Origin: Mobula birostris
Taxonomy: Eukaryota
Direction: 5' to 3'
Length of the DNA stretch: 64,000 bases
NCBI RefSeq assembly: GCF_030028105.1
Contig: NC_092370.1
Location: 85,642,969-85,706,968, forward strand
The notes under the pieces are model-generated. The model saw nothing but the letters and a program-made list of their open reading frames with translations, did no database searches and was not told the origin of the DNA. A program made the translations under genes and the position numbers. Below, piece after piece: positions 51,000-64,000 of this stretch (its first letter is position 1; the number at the start of each line of letters is the position of its first letter).

Positions 51000-53900
51000 G
51001 GTCGAGGATAACTAGCTTCAACCACAGTTCAACAGGTCTGCTAAATCCATTGTGGGATCCCCACACCCACAAGTGAGTCAGGTGATCTTGATAGGATGGC
51101 TTTTATTGCAAACCCAACACCCATGGATCCTGGGCTTGTCAGTTGCTTTCCCTTTCCCGAAGAAGGTGTAATCACTCTTCTCCTCCCTTAGTTGACTTTC
51201 ATGGGGATCAGTGAATGTCTCATGATCATCTGTTTGGTGATTGCCAACAACCAGATGGCAACTATCATGAGTGCTTATGCACCAACTCTTGACTCACTTG
51301 AGGATGAAAAAGTGGCCTTCTACGCTTGCCTAGATGTGACACTGTTGAGCATCCCCAAGGGGATAAGACAATTCTCTTAAGGGACTTCAATGCCAAGATC
51401 AGTCAGGACTTCAACCTTTGGAAGAGTACCATAGGAAAGGAAGTTATGGGCAACATCAATTCAATTGGAGGACTGTTTCTCGCTATATATGCTGAGCACA
51501 ATCTTAACCATTACGAGCATTCTCTTCTGCCAGAAAAACAGTTTGGCAGCACCCCCAACCTAAACAGTAGTATCACATTGACTATGTTATAGTTTAAGCT
51601 AGGGACCACTGTATATGAATATCATAAGGGCACAGATGACTGCTGGACAGATCATCGCCTGATCCACTCCACCACGTCTATCAGATTCATGTAAAAGAGG
51701 AGGATTCATAAGAAGCGGTCCAGGCCATCACTAAAACTCGAGAGCCTGCTTGATCCTGCCATCCAACAGCACCTTCTGGCCCTGTTTGGGGGTGAATCTC
51801 CAACAGGAATATCCGGAGGATACCGAAGAACATTTGGGTCAGCTTAAATCCACCAACCATAACACCTGCAAAAACATCAAGATTGGTTAGTTGGCAACAA
51901 CATGGAGATAGGACAACTCATCTCCAGGAAAAGGAAAGCCTGAAAGAGGTCCATGATGCCATCAGGAGCCTAAAAAGCAACAAAGTATCTGGTCCTGACA
52001 GGATCCCAGTAGAGATCCTTACATGTGGACTAGCACTCTTGCACCACACACATGCCTTGCTTCTGAAGGTCTGGGAAAAGGAACAACTGCCCTAAGGGCT
52101 CAGGGATGCTGTAATAGTGACCATATTCGAGAAGCAAAACAAGTCAAACTGTGGCAGTTACAAAGGTGTCTTCCTTCCGTCAACAACAGGCAAAGTCCTT
52201 GCATTTATCCTTGTCAACCAACTCCTGCTGCGTCTTGATGAAGTTTTCCCCGAATCACAATGTGGTTTCTGTCCATTTAGAGGTACCGCAGCGATAATCT
52301 GCAAATTACAGGAAATACGCCGTGAACAAAGGCAATCCTTGTACTTGCCTTTATTAGATTTGGCAATGGCATTTGATACAGTAGACTGCCAAGCTCTCTG
52401 GCTCTCTATCAAGACATGGCTATCCTGACATAGTGTCCAGGTGTCAGGGGTCATGAAGTGTTTGAAGTCACCATAACTAGAGAGAAGGTTCATAGGAAAC
52501 TAAAAGGTCTATAAATAGATAAGTCACCTGGACCAGATGGTATACACACCAGAGTTCTGAAAGAGGTAGATGAAGAGATTGTGGAGGCATTAGTAATGAT
52601 CTTTCAAGAATCACTAGATTCTGGAATGGTTCAGCAAGATTAGAAAATTGCAAATGCCACTCCACTCTTCAAGAAGGGAGAGAGGCTGAAGAAAGGAAAT
52701 TATTGACCAGTTAGTCAGTCTGACCTCAGTGGTTGGAGTCGATTGTTAAGGATCAGATTTCAGGGTACTTGGAGGCACGTGGTAAAATTGGCCTTAGACA
52801 GCATGGTTTACTAAAGGGAAAATTTTGCCTGACAAATCTGTTGAAATTCTTTGAAGAAATAACAAAAAGGATAGACAAAGGAGAATTGGTTGATGTTGGG
52901 TACCTAATACCTTCGACAAGGTGGCACACAAGAGACTGCTTAACAAGCAACAAGCCCATGGTATTACAGGAAAGATTCCAGCATGGATAAAGCAGTAACT
53001 GATTGCCAGGAGGCAAAGAGTGGGAATAAAAGGAGCCTTTTCTGTCTGGCTACCGGTGACTAGTGGTGATCCACAGAAGTCTGTGTTGGGACCAATTCTT
53101 TTCACGTTATGTGTCAATGATTTGGATGATGGAATAGATGGCTTTGTTGCAAAGTTTGCAGGTGATATGAAGATAGGTAGAGGGGCAGGTAGTTTTGAGG
53201 AAGTGGAGAGGCTACAGAAGGACCTAGACAGATTAGGGGGATGGGCAAAGAAATGGCAAGTGGAATACAATGTCGGAAAGTAAATGGTCATGCACTTTGG
53301 TAGAAGAAATAAAAGGGTTGACTATTTTTTAAATAGGATAATACAAAAAACTGAGATGCAAAGGGACTTGGAGTCTGTGTACAGGATTCCCTAAAGGTTA
53401 ATTTGCAGGTTGAGTCTGTGGTGAGGCAGGCAAATGCAATGCTGGCATTCATTTCAGGAGGACTAGAACATAAAAGCAAGGATGTAATGTTGAAATTTTA
53501 TAAACCACTGGTGAGGTCTCACTTGGAGTATTGTGAGCAGGTTTGGGCCTCTTATCTTAGAAAGGATGTGCTGAAACTAAAGAGGATTCAAAGGAGGTTC
53601 ACAAAAATGATTGCAGGATTGAACAGTTTGTCAAATGAAGAGAATTTGATGGCTCTGAGCCTTTATTCAATAGAATTCAGAAGAATGAGGGGTGACTTCA
53701 TTGATACCTATCAAATGGTGAAAGGCCTTGGTAGAGTGAATGTGGAAAGGATGTTTCCTATGGTGGGAGAGTCTAAGACAAGAGGGGACAAAATAGTAGG
53801 GGGGGGGGGTCCTTTTAGAATGGAGATGAGGAAGAATTTCTTTAGCCAGAGAGTGGTGAATGTGGAATTCTTTGCCACAGGCAGCTGTGGAGGCCAAGAC

Positions 53901-55295
53901 TTTGTGTATATTTAAAGTAGAGGTTGATAGATTTGGTCAAGCATGAAGGGATGCAAGGAGAATTGGGGCTATGATGGAGAAGATTCAATGGGCCAAATGG
54001 GTTAATTCTGCTCTTATATCTTACGGTCTTACGGACAAGTACTTATGAACACTGAGGCTACTGCATGATGACATGGCAGCCACAGTACTCAGCAACAGTG
54101 ATGCTGAATCAGGACCTTTCACTGTCAAGACAGGGGTTGAACAGGGCTGCATTATTGCTAACATCCTTCACCTCATTGGCTAAGACCTGCCACAGGGAAT
54201 CCCAATTGTGTCTAGAATGGACAATGGGCTTTTCAACCCAAACTAGTTCAAAGCAAAGAACAAGGTCAGCGCAACCACTATCGTGCAACTTCAGTATGCA
54301 AATTGCAGCAGCATCATAGTACAGTCTGAAGAAGCCCTCCAATTTATCCTGAATGACTTTGCCAAGGCATACAAATCCTTGTTTTATGATAAACAGCTGG
54401 AAGCCCTGGAACAATATTGTCAAAGAATCTTACAAAAGATTTTGAGGATCAAATGGAAGGACAGCCACACTAACACCAGTGTACTGGAGGAGGCCAACGT
54501 GAATGGTATTTCCATCATGATAAACCACCTTCCCTATCTTGGCAGCAAAGACAGACATCGATGCAGAGATCATCCACCACCTGAGTTGTGCTAGTGGAGC
54601 CTATGCAAGCTTAAGGAAAAGAGTCTTTGAAGATTGCACCTTACAGTCCCAAACAGAACTTTTGGTCTGTAGAGCAGTTGTCCTTCCTGCACTGCTTTAT
54701 GAAGCTATATCATAGACCACCTACAATAGAAACCTGGAAGCCCTGGAAGAATATCATCAAAGAACCTTGCAGAAGATTATAAGGATCAGCTGGAAGGACA
54801 GACACACTAACACCAGCGTACTGGAGGAGGCCAACGTGAATAACAGTTCCACCATGATAAAGCAACACCAATTCTGATGGATAAGTCATGTCATACAGAT
54901 GCCTAACTCACATCTCCCCAAACAGAACCTTCACTCCCAGTTGAAGGATGGTGAGCCAGCCCCTGGCAGGCAAAGGAAATGCTTCAAAGATGACATCAAC
55001 CTGAAAAAAATCCAACATTACGTCTAAACACTGGGAAGACATTGCACTCTATAGATGTGCCTGGAAGAAGTTTGTTTAAGAGCGAGCTGCGCTACATGAA
55101 AGTGACTTTCACTATGCTGCAGAGAACAAGAGGCAGCTGCGAAAGGAGCAAACAAACAACCAAACGACTTTACTTCTGTCTACACTGCACCAGAAAATGT
55201 GGATTCCAGACCAGCCTCTACAGCCACCTGAGCACTCTCCAATAGACAACCTCCAGCAGAACATCTTACTCGATTCGAGTGATCGCACTATGATG
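51000..55295 (+). mobile_element. Degraded RTE-clade (BovB-like) LINE split by a CR1 insertion
   Basis: SAYAPTL, ILLRDFNAKI, GPDRIPVE and PESQCGF motifs, with a C-terminal CLHC..LYSHL zinc finger; interrupted at ~52430-54033. Confidence 0.82.
52430..54033 (+). mobile_element. CR1 (RT to 3' tail) nested in the RTE element
   Basis: DKSPGPDG, QHG, VTSG.PQ.SVLGP, WQVEYNVGK and FFSQRVVN motifs; TCTTACGG repeat tail. Confidence 0.9.
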
Positions 55296-55499
55296 GGGTG
55301 GTTAATTGAATTGCTGTGAATTCCTTTTGGTATTTAATCTTGGCCTGCCCATGCTCCCTACAGAGAGACTGTGCTTTACATCTTCCCAGATGCATCTTTT
55401 CCTAAGCAGCTTTTGACCGTTTGAGAAGCCTTAAACCAGGAATCCCCATGAATGAGTCTTTTTACATTCTTTCAAGAAGGCGTAAAAAGCATCCTGTCT

Positions 55500-56180
55500 C
55501 CCTGGAATTATCAGCTTCAAATTCCTTAACATTAACTTCTTAGATTACCTGTCCTGGGACCAACATATAGCTGTAATTACTAAGGAGATGGGCCAGCATT
55601 TTAATTTCTTAAAAGGTTAAAGAGGATTAGGCTTGTTGCCAAATACTCTAACAAATTTCTACAGATGCACAGTTGAAAGCATCCTGACTGGTTGCATCAT
55701 AGCTTAGTACAGCAATTGTCACTCACAAAAACACAAGAGGTTGCAGAGAGTTGTGGCCCAACGTGGGCACAACTGTCCTAATATGTATACAGGAGGTACT
55801 TCCTCAAGAGGGCAGCAAGGATCCTACCATCTGGGTCATGCCCTCTTCTCACTGCTTTGATCAGACAGGAGGTACAGAAGCCTCAAGTCCTACATCACTA
55901 GGTTCAGGAGCAACTGCTTTTCTACAGCAATCAAGTTCTTAGACTGACCTGTACAACCCTAACCTACCTCAGAAACGAAACTCTACACGCCACCTCTTGC
56001 ACTGCGATGGACGTGTCTCTGGTTGTGTATTTTTGTTTGCACTAATATAATTTATAATCTTGTATAATTTATATTCTGCACTGTCCAAATCAACATGCCG
56101 GTGGTGCTGCTGCAAGCAAGATTTTCCTTGTACCTCTTCCTCACCCCCATTGTGCATATGACAATAAATTTGACTTAACT
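55500..56180 (+). mobile_element. Rex1/Babar 3' fragment
   Basis: FKFL..I..L.W..H and NFYRCTVESILTGCI remnants; GACAATAAA tail. Confidence 0.65.
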
Positions 56181-56449
56181 TGTTATAACAGAGCTCAGTA
56201 AGGCATTAGGAATGCAGACAGTGTAGCTTGACCACGTGTACACAAAGACATGGACAAAAGATTAAAGATTTGTCACATGTACATCAAAACATACAGTGAA
56301 ATGTGTCATTTGCATCAACGGCCTACACAAACTAAAGATGTTCTGAGGGCAACCCACGTTTATGGTACCAACAACTGGCTAACCCATACGTCTTTGGAAT
56401 GTGCAAAGGATATCAGAGCACCCAAAGAAGATCCACAAGGTTACGGGAA

Positions 56450-58560
56450 AAAAATCATTAAGAAGGCAAAGATGGAATACAGAAGTAAGCTAGCCAGTAA
56501 TATAAAGGAGGATAACAACAGTTTCTTCAGATACATAACATGCAAAAGACAGACAAGAGTGGATATCGGTCCACTAGAAAACACTACTGGAGAGGTAATA
56601 GTGGGGAGCAACGAAATGGCAGATGAACTGAATAAATATTTTGTGTCAGTCTTTACTGTGGAAGACACTAGCAGTATGGTGGAAGTTCCAGCTGTCAGGG
56701 ATCATGAAGTGTGTGAAGTTACCATAACTAGGGGGAAGATACTTGAGAAACAGGAAAGTCTGAAGTTAGGTAAGTCACCTGGACAACTATGAATGCACTG
56801 TTTGTTCCTTTGTATATATGTTTTTATTGTATATAAAGTTTAATTTTGAAAAAATACAGGAAGTTAAAATAAACCTCTTTTACCAACACGATCCATATTT
56901 CTGCATGTTCACACGTCTATCTAAAAGGTCATTAAACTTCACTACTATATCTGTCTTCACCACAACTCCTAGCAGCACATTCTAGGCACCCACCTTCCAC
57001 ATGTAAAAAACTTTCTCCTTTTCACCTTAAACGCATGTTGTTAAGTATTTGACAATCATACACTGCGAAAGGATTCAGTCTATCCTGTCTATGCCTAATA
57101 ATTTTACAAATTTCTATCACGTCTTCCATCAGCTTCTGCCTGTCCAGAGAAAACAATGCAAGTTCATTCAACCTCTCCTTATAGCTAACATTCTCTAATC
57201 CAGGAAGCAGCCTGGTAAACCTCTTCTGTCGCCTTTCCCAAGCTTCCACATTCTTCCTGTAATGGGGTGACCTGAATTGCACATTATACTCCAAATGCAG
57301 GCTCACCGAAGTTTGATATGGCTGCGGCATAATCAATGAAGGCAATCATGCCATATTTACCATCCTATCACCTTGGGTGGCCACTTTCAAATATCATATG
57401 TACCTCATTGCTGTTGAGGGCTATAACAATAGCTGCATACAAACTTTCCCCTTGCAATTGGCCTGTCAACGTGCAACATCTCATACATGCTCAGGTAAAT
57501 CTTCATCTGCCATTTCTCTGTCAATATCTGTAACTGATCCCTGTCTTGTTCCACCCATTACCCTATCAACAACTCCATCAAAGTTCAAAGTAAAAGTATT
57601 ATCAAGGTACTTGTATGTTATTGCATACTACCTTAGGATTCATTTACTTGCAGGCATTTATGGGAAAGAAAAGAAACACAATAGATTTATGAAAAGCTAT
57701 ATATAAAGAGACTAACAACTAATGTGCAAAGGAAAACAAATTGCACAAATTTAAAAAATACTGAGAACTTGAGCCCTAAAGAATCCTTGAAAGTGAGTCT
57801 GGTGGGACCTGAGGCTTCTGTACCTCTCATCTGATGGTCGTAGCAAGAGGACATGGCTTGGGTGATGGATGCTGCTTTCTTGTGGCAGTGCTTCATGTAA
57901 ATGTATTCAATGTAATCAATCTTTGTGTCATATGCAGACTTATTAACACACACATCTACATTTTCATCCAAGTCATTTATTTATACCACAAACAAGTGGA
58001 CATAGGTTTAAGATGACAGGAAGGAGATCTGAGGGGAAGTGTTTTTTCCCCCACATACAGAGTGCCATTGATATCTGGAGGAGGGGGGTAGAAAGAACAA
58101 AAGGGAAAGGCCAGAAGACAAGAAACATTATTAAGGACCTCCAGCACCCAGGGCATGCCCTTTTCTCACTGTTACCATCAGGTAGGAGATACAGAAGCCT
58201 GAAGGCACACACTCAGCAATTCAGGAACAGCTTCTTCCCCTCTGCCATCTGATTCCTAAATGGACATTGAACCCCTGAACACTACTTCACTTTTTAAATA
58301 TATATTATTTGTTTTTTTGTATGATTTTTAATCTATTCAATGTACGTATGAGCGTCGAGCTAGCAACTTGGCCTCGTAAAAACAAGAACAGCTTGCTACG
58401 GAAACACTGTCATGACGGTGCCCCAATAACTTAATTATTTATTGGTATTATTATTTTATCTTTTTTTTCTTTCTTCTATATTATTATTGCATTAAACTGC
58501 TGCTGCAAGATAACAAATTTCACGAGACATGATGGTGATAATAAACTTGATTCTGATTTT
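56450..58560. mobile_element. Cluster of CR1 and Rex fragments in mixed orientation
   Basis: CR1 (+) 56450-56790 (MADELNKYFVSVFTVED); CR1 (-) 56900-57570; Rex tail (-) 57575-57900; Rex 3' end (+) 58110-58560 (HPGHALFSLLPSGRRYRS). Confidence 0.75.
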
Positions 58561-58959
58561 GATAACGAACGATGGAAGGTAAGGAGAAAGGCAAAAGGAC
58601 ACATTAAGCCGACACAAGATCGCTTTTTGAAGTACAGTAACATTAAAAACGAAATCATCCTGAATCTTATTTTATTTAAATGTTATTGCAGTTTATCTTT
58701 TTATTATTTTATACTAGTTTATCATTTTAAGATCTTAAAACTTCCAAGTACTGTATATAGAAACAATAAGTCAATGTCCATTGACACCCTGCCAGAAGCT
58801 CTCCAGAGTTGTGGAGTATCATCCCACTCTTCACAGCTCATTGAGATTACAAATATTAAAATGGTCTAAATTTATCAGATAAAATTTTACCTTAAATATT
58901 TTTCCTGTAATAATTCAATCCAATGTTCACAAACAATAGTAAGGAAGCTTAAATCCACA

Positions 58960-60065
58960 CGATAGGCTTATTCAGAAAGTCAGAAGGCATGGGATCCAGG
59001 CAAGTTTGGCCAGGTGGATTCAGAATTGGCTTGCCTGCAGAAAGCAGAGGGTTGTGGTGGAGGGAGTACATTCAGATTGGAGGGATGTGACTAGTGGTGT
59101 CCCACAAGGATCGGTTCTGGGACCTCTACTTTTTGTGATTTTTATTAACAACCTGGCTGTGGGGGTAGAAGGGTGGGTTGGCATGTTTGCAGACGACACA
59201 AAGGTTGGTGGTGTTGTGGATAGTGTAGAGGATTGTCAAAGATTGCAGAGGGACATTGATAGGATGCAGAAGTGGGCTGAGAAGTGGCAGATGGAGTTCA
59301 ACCCAGAGAAGTGTGAGGTGGTACACTTTGGAAGGACAAACTCCAAGGCAGAGTACAAAATAAATGGCAGGATACTTGGTAGAGGGATCTGGGGGTACAC
59401 GTCCATAGATCCCTGAAAGTTGCCTCACAGGTCGATAGGGTAGTTAAGAAAGCTTATGGGGTGTTAGCTTTCATAACTCGAGGGATAGAGTTTAAGAGTC
59501 GCGGGGTAATGATGCAGCTCTATAAAACACTGGTTCGGCCACACTTGGAGTACCATGTCCAGTTCTGGTCACCTCACTATAGGAAGGATGTGGAAGCATT
59601 GGAAAGGGTACAGAGGAGATTTACCAGGATGCTGCCTGGTTTGGAGAGCATGCATTATGATCAGAGATTAAGGGAGCTAGGGCTTTACTCTTTGGAGAGA
59701 AGGAGGATGAGAGGAGACATGATAGAGATATACAAGATATTAAGAGGAATAGATAGAGTAGACAGCCAGCACCTCTTCCGCAGGGCACCACTGCTCAATA
59801 GAAGAGGACATGGCTTTAAGGAAAGGGGTGGGAAGTTCAAGGGGGATATTAGAGGAAGATTTTTAACTCAGAGAGTGGTTGGTGCGTGGAATGCACTGCC
59901 TGAGTCAGTGGTGGAGGCAGATACACTAGTGAAATTTAAGAGACTGCTGGACAGGTTTATGGAGGAATTTAAGGTGGGGGGTTATATGGGAGGTAGGGTC
60001 TAAGGGTCAGCACAACATTGTGGGCCAAAGGGCCAGTACTGTGCTGTACTGTTCTATGTTCTATA
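58960..60065 (+). mobile_element. CR1 3' portion, relatively intact
   Basis: [22 protein letters not shown] and LYKTLVRPHLEY motifs; GTTCTATGTTCTAT tail. Confidence 0.93.
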
Positions 60066-60139
60066 AATCTAATGCAAAATGAATCCCTGAGACAAATATC
60101 AAAAAGCATTGAACTTCTAATATATTTCCTAATATAGAC

Positions 60140-60320
60140 AATTATTGTGATAGGCGTAAAAATGAAGTAGCTACTCTGTCACATATGTTCTGGTCATGTC
60201 TCACATTGAAATCTTTTTGGAAATCTTTATTTTCTACAATTTCTAAAGCTTTGAAAATTAATTTACAACCTAATACATTGACTGTTCTAGTTGGAATAGT
60301 TCCACATCATATCCAGGGTA
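60140..60320 (+). mobile_element. L1 ORF2 C-terminal fragment
   Basis: CDR..NEVATLSHMFWSC...FW, resembling 17300-17370. Confidence 0.6.
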
Positions 60321-60844
60321 ATTACATAAGCAACCATTGAGTAAATCACTTAGTATTATTCAGTAATCTAGTTAAAACTTTCAAACCAAATTTTAACCTT
60401 GCCATTTTCCATGATAATCACAAAATGACAGAGCAGTTAATATTCAATAAATACTTAAAATTACCTTTTAGCAATTAAGTTTGTTTTGTTGAGGCATCTG
60501 GAATTAAATTTAAGTAGACGGAAACACTGTTCGGTTCAATTTAGCTCATCTCAAATTACCATTCAAGCCTTCTCATACAATTTAAACTGAATCATTCAAT
60601 TTCCAATATAACAAACTACTTATGCAAAACCATTCAGAAATATATTACTTATTTTTATAATTGCAGCAAGTGTATTATATAACCTTACACTGGATGGTAC
60701 ACCAACCACAACAGTTGCTCAGATGGGAATTTATAAATTAGAAGAGATGATCCACAAGTTTTTAAGTAATAGTAATTCTATTAAGATCTATGGCAGTTGA
60801 AGGAATAGAAATTTAAGATGATCAAATGACAAGGACTCATAGAC

Positions 60845-61400
60845 ATTAGAATCAAGTACATTGTCACTGACATTTGTTTTGTGGCAGCAGTACAGTGCAA
60901 GACATAAAACATTATGATTTATAATAAGAAATAAAACAAATAGTGCAAAAAAGGAATAATGAGATAGTGTTTATAGACCGTTCAGATATTTGATGGCGGA
61001 GGAAAGAAGCTGTTCCTAAAATATTAAGCGTCCATCTTCATGCTCCTGTACTTCCTCCCTGATGGTAATAATTGGAAAAGGGCATATTCCAGATGGTAAG
61101 GGTCCTTAATGATGGATGCCATCTTCTCGAGGAACCACCTTTTGAAGATGTCCTCGACAGTAGGGAGGGTTATGCCTCTGAGCCTACAACTCGGCAGCCT
61201 CTTGTTATCCTGTTCATTGGAGGCTCCACCAGGCAATGATACATCCAGTCAGAATGCCCTCCATAATACCTCTGTAGAAATTTGCTAGTCTTTAGTGATG
61301 TACCAAATCTCCTCGAATTCCTAACCAAAGGCGTGCCTTCTTCATGATTACATCAATATGTTGGATCCAGGATAGATTCCCTGAGATGTGGATAACCACG
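60845..61400 (-). mobile_element. Rex1/Babar 3' fragment
   Basis: IIKDPYH..ALFQLLPSGRKYRS remnant. Confidence 0.75.
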
Positions 61401-61929
61401 TTATGAAAGGTTGTGAAGCTGAAGAGATTACTGAGAATGGGCGAGAAGGAGTTATAAAATGACTGAAGATTCAAAGATCAAAATTTTGAACTAGGACCCA
61501 CTGCATATCAGCAAGTATGGGTACATGGAAATAGACATTTGGACAATCCCAGATTTTTGGATCGAATTCCATTACAACAAAATTCCAGGTCTAGAACAGG
61601 TATCACATATAAACATTTAAATGTCTGCAATGACTCGCTAGTCCAAAACTCGCCTACGTAAACTACCATTGCATTGCCAAACGGCTCTAAATCAGCCTCT
61701 CACCTGGATTCACCTGACTCCTACCAACTCTTTCTCCCTACCCACCCCCTCCTTTAGTTTAGCTATGCTCTTCCTTTCCAATCCCGATAAAAGGTCTCGG
61801 CCCAACTGTTCCTTCATTGATGGTGCCTGGCCTACTGAGTTCCTCCAGAATTTTTGTTTTTTCTCCAGATTTCCAGTATCTGCGATCTCTCTTAAACCTT
61901 TTTTTCGTTTAGTTTTAGCTGGAGAATGA

Positions 61930-62400
61930 GACTGTTTTAACTCCGTGAGTTCCGCCCTCCCCATTTCCTTCTCGTACGGTCCGCGATACATCTCCCCCCC
62001 ATCCTGCAAGCACGTGCACCCGGTCAATGAAAGCTGGGGACAAGGCGTTGATTAGAGCAGGCGCGGTGCATCCTGGGACTTGCAGTCCGCTTACAGCCAT
62101 CCTGGCAGCCTCCCTGGTGAGAAGACTACAATACCCAGAGTTCCGTTGCTCACAGCCAGCACATGCGCGGTGGTTAACGGTAAGCCTGCTTGCAAGTGTG
62201 GAGAGTGGAAGACAGGCGGTTGTGGGGGAAAGCCAACAAAATAACAAGAAAAACTGTCCCTTGGAAGGTGAGGTGGCGTTAATTAGCAGTGGGGAAGGGG
62301 GAGGGGGGGAAGCTGCTTGTGGTCAGGCGGTAGTGCCAAAATAGGAGGAGAAGGCCCGAGGTATGCGATGTCTGTAGCACTGAGGCTGCGGCCTTTGAAG
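61930..62400. promoter_or_regulatory. CpG-rich promoter or first exon of an unidentified gene
   Basis: CpG enrichment; E-box CACGTG at 62011-62016; two ZNF143/SBS-like motifs at 62068-62088 (-) and 62124-62145 (+); + strand donor AAG|GTGAGG after 62267. Confidence 0.6.
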
Positions 62401-62819
62401 GGCTTTTAAAGGGGACCCAGGGTAGGGGTGGTATATCCCCTCCCGAGGTGGCAAGAGGCTGCAGTCTGAGCTTCTCTGCCCAAATACCGACCTCCTTCAT
62501 TCATCTTCAGTCGGAGGAATTTAAAGTAATTAAATTGAATGAAGGGGTCGTGGTGATGGAGACCATTGAAGCAATCAGGTTATAAAGCCCAGAGGGAATA
62601 CAAGATTCTGCAGATGCTGTAATCTAGAGCAGCAGACAGTCTGCTGGAAGAACCTTTTCAAGGTCCTGAGATAGCATTTCGACTCGGAAAGTCGGCGGTG
62701 CCTTCTTCCCACCCCTACCTCCAAAGTTCTTCCAGTAGATCTCTACCTTGAAAACAAAACATGGCCTACAATTTGCTGAAAATGCAAAATTAAATGTTTA
62801 ACTAGGACTTTGGTGCCAA

Positions 62820-63475
62820 ATGAACCAGTCCTCATTAGAGGAATGGAGATAGAGTGTCAGTAGCTTTAAATTCCTTGATGTTAATATATCAGAGGATCTG
62901 TCCTAGAACCAGTCTTCACAAAGAAGGCAACACAGTTTTAGAGGTTTGCATAGATACAGCATGTCACCAAAGACTTTGACAACTTCTATAAATGCACATT
63001 AAAGAGTACCCTAATTGGTTGTGAAACAGTTTGTTATGCTGAGGAATGGACAAGGCTACAGAAAGTGGTGGCAAAACAGCCCAGTCTTTATCACTGGCAA
63101 AGTCCTCCTCACTGCTGAGTACACTTACATGGAGTACTGCCATGAGAAAGCAGTATCCATCGCCAAAGATGCCCACCAGCAAGGCTATGCCCTCTGCTGG
63201 TACTACCATCACAGAAGCCTTGGGTTATACACCACTACTCTGAACTAATTATATGACCTACAGTCTCACTTTCAAGGACTCTTTACAACTGGTTATCAAT
63301 ATTATTTTTATTTACACAGCTTGTCTTTTGTGCTCTGGTTGTTTGTTCATGAAAAGTTCTTCATAAAGTTCTATTGTGTTTTTTCCTGTAAATGCCCGCA
63401 AGAAAATGAATCTCAGGGAAGTATATGGTAACATATATATACTTTAATAATAAATCTAACTTTGAGCTTTGAAAT
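62820..63475 (+). mobile_element. Rex1/Babar 3' fragment
   Basis: RT C-terminal remnant and the tail ATATATACTTTAATAATAAATCTAACTTTGAGCTTTGA. Confidence 0.75.
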
Positions 63476-64000
63476 GAGGCCAATAGCTTAGCGTTGAGAT
63501 TTCAGAATTGAGAAAGAAATGAATGATAAAAAATAGGGTACATTAAAATCCAAACAAGAAACAATAGATTATAGGAAAATGTGATAATAGGAAAATTTAA
63601 ATAAAAGATTGAAAATTTTAATTATTTGTTTTCTGGGCACTGAGACAGGAGACACAAATTCGCAGTTTGCTTGGATTCAAATTAAAATCTATCTGAAATT
63701 AATGAGATCATAGCCACTCATAACCTGAACCTCTTTTTTTTTCATCCTATGACCTGACCCAAGGGTATGTATAAAAACAAAAAGAAAGGCATTGTTATGC
63801 TGCAAATGGATTGTTTCTGATCAAGAACTGGCTTGAATAAAGTACTGAGCCAAGCCAGCTCAGCCAAACCTTAAAAAAAAAACAGCTAACTTGACCTGAA
63901 TTTGATACATGTCATTTGCTTGGCTCAAGTAATTTAGTCAGGCCCAAACATATACCTCCAAATAAAAAGTTACCTCACCTGTTAAGTAGCAGCCATGTAG

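Noticed and set aside
62027-62344. 105-aa ORF as a protein-coding exon
   Set aside because: No recognisable homology; it overlaps promoter motifs and reads through a splice donor.
63970-64000. Minus-strand CAG|GTGAGG donor-like site at the window edge
   Set aside because: Too little context, and no downstream partner exon was identified.

Overview
Repeat-rich vertebrate genomic DNA, probably a cartilaginous fish (inferred from the CR1, Rex1/Babar, Penelope and HE1-like V-SINE content). Two spliced genes lie on the minus strand. The first is the 5' part of RNMT (mRNA cap guanine-N7 methyltransferase), with exons at 11198-11356 and 3575-3710 and a ~5.4 kb G-rich minisatellite in the intron between them. 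The second is a complete 8-exon LGI1-like gene (CDS 49563->27067, 542 aa). A third CpG-rich promoter with two opposed ZNF143-type motifs sits near 62 kb. Most of the rest is nested transposon debris: CR1, L1, Rex1/Babar, RTE, a Hero-clade RLE retrotransposon, Penelope, Tc1 and SINEs. The most notable signal is a set of short Penelope-derived insertions with 12-15 bp target-site duplications that carry minimal hammerhead ribozyme motifs, one with a fully intact core at 34275-34312. All calls were made by eye without database searches, so repeat boundaries are approximate.
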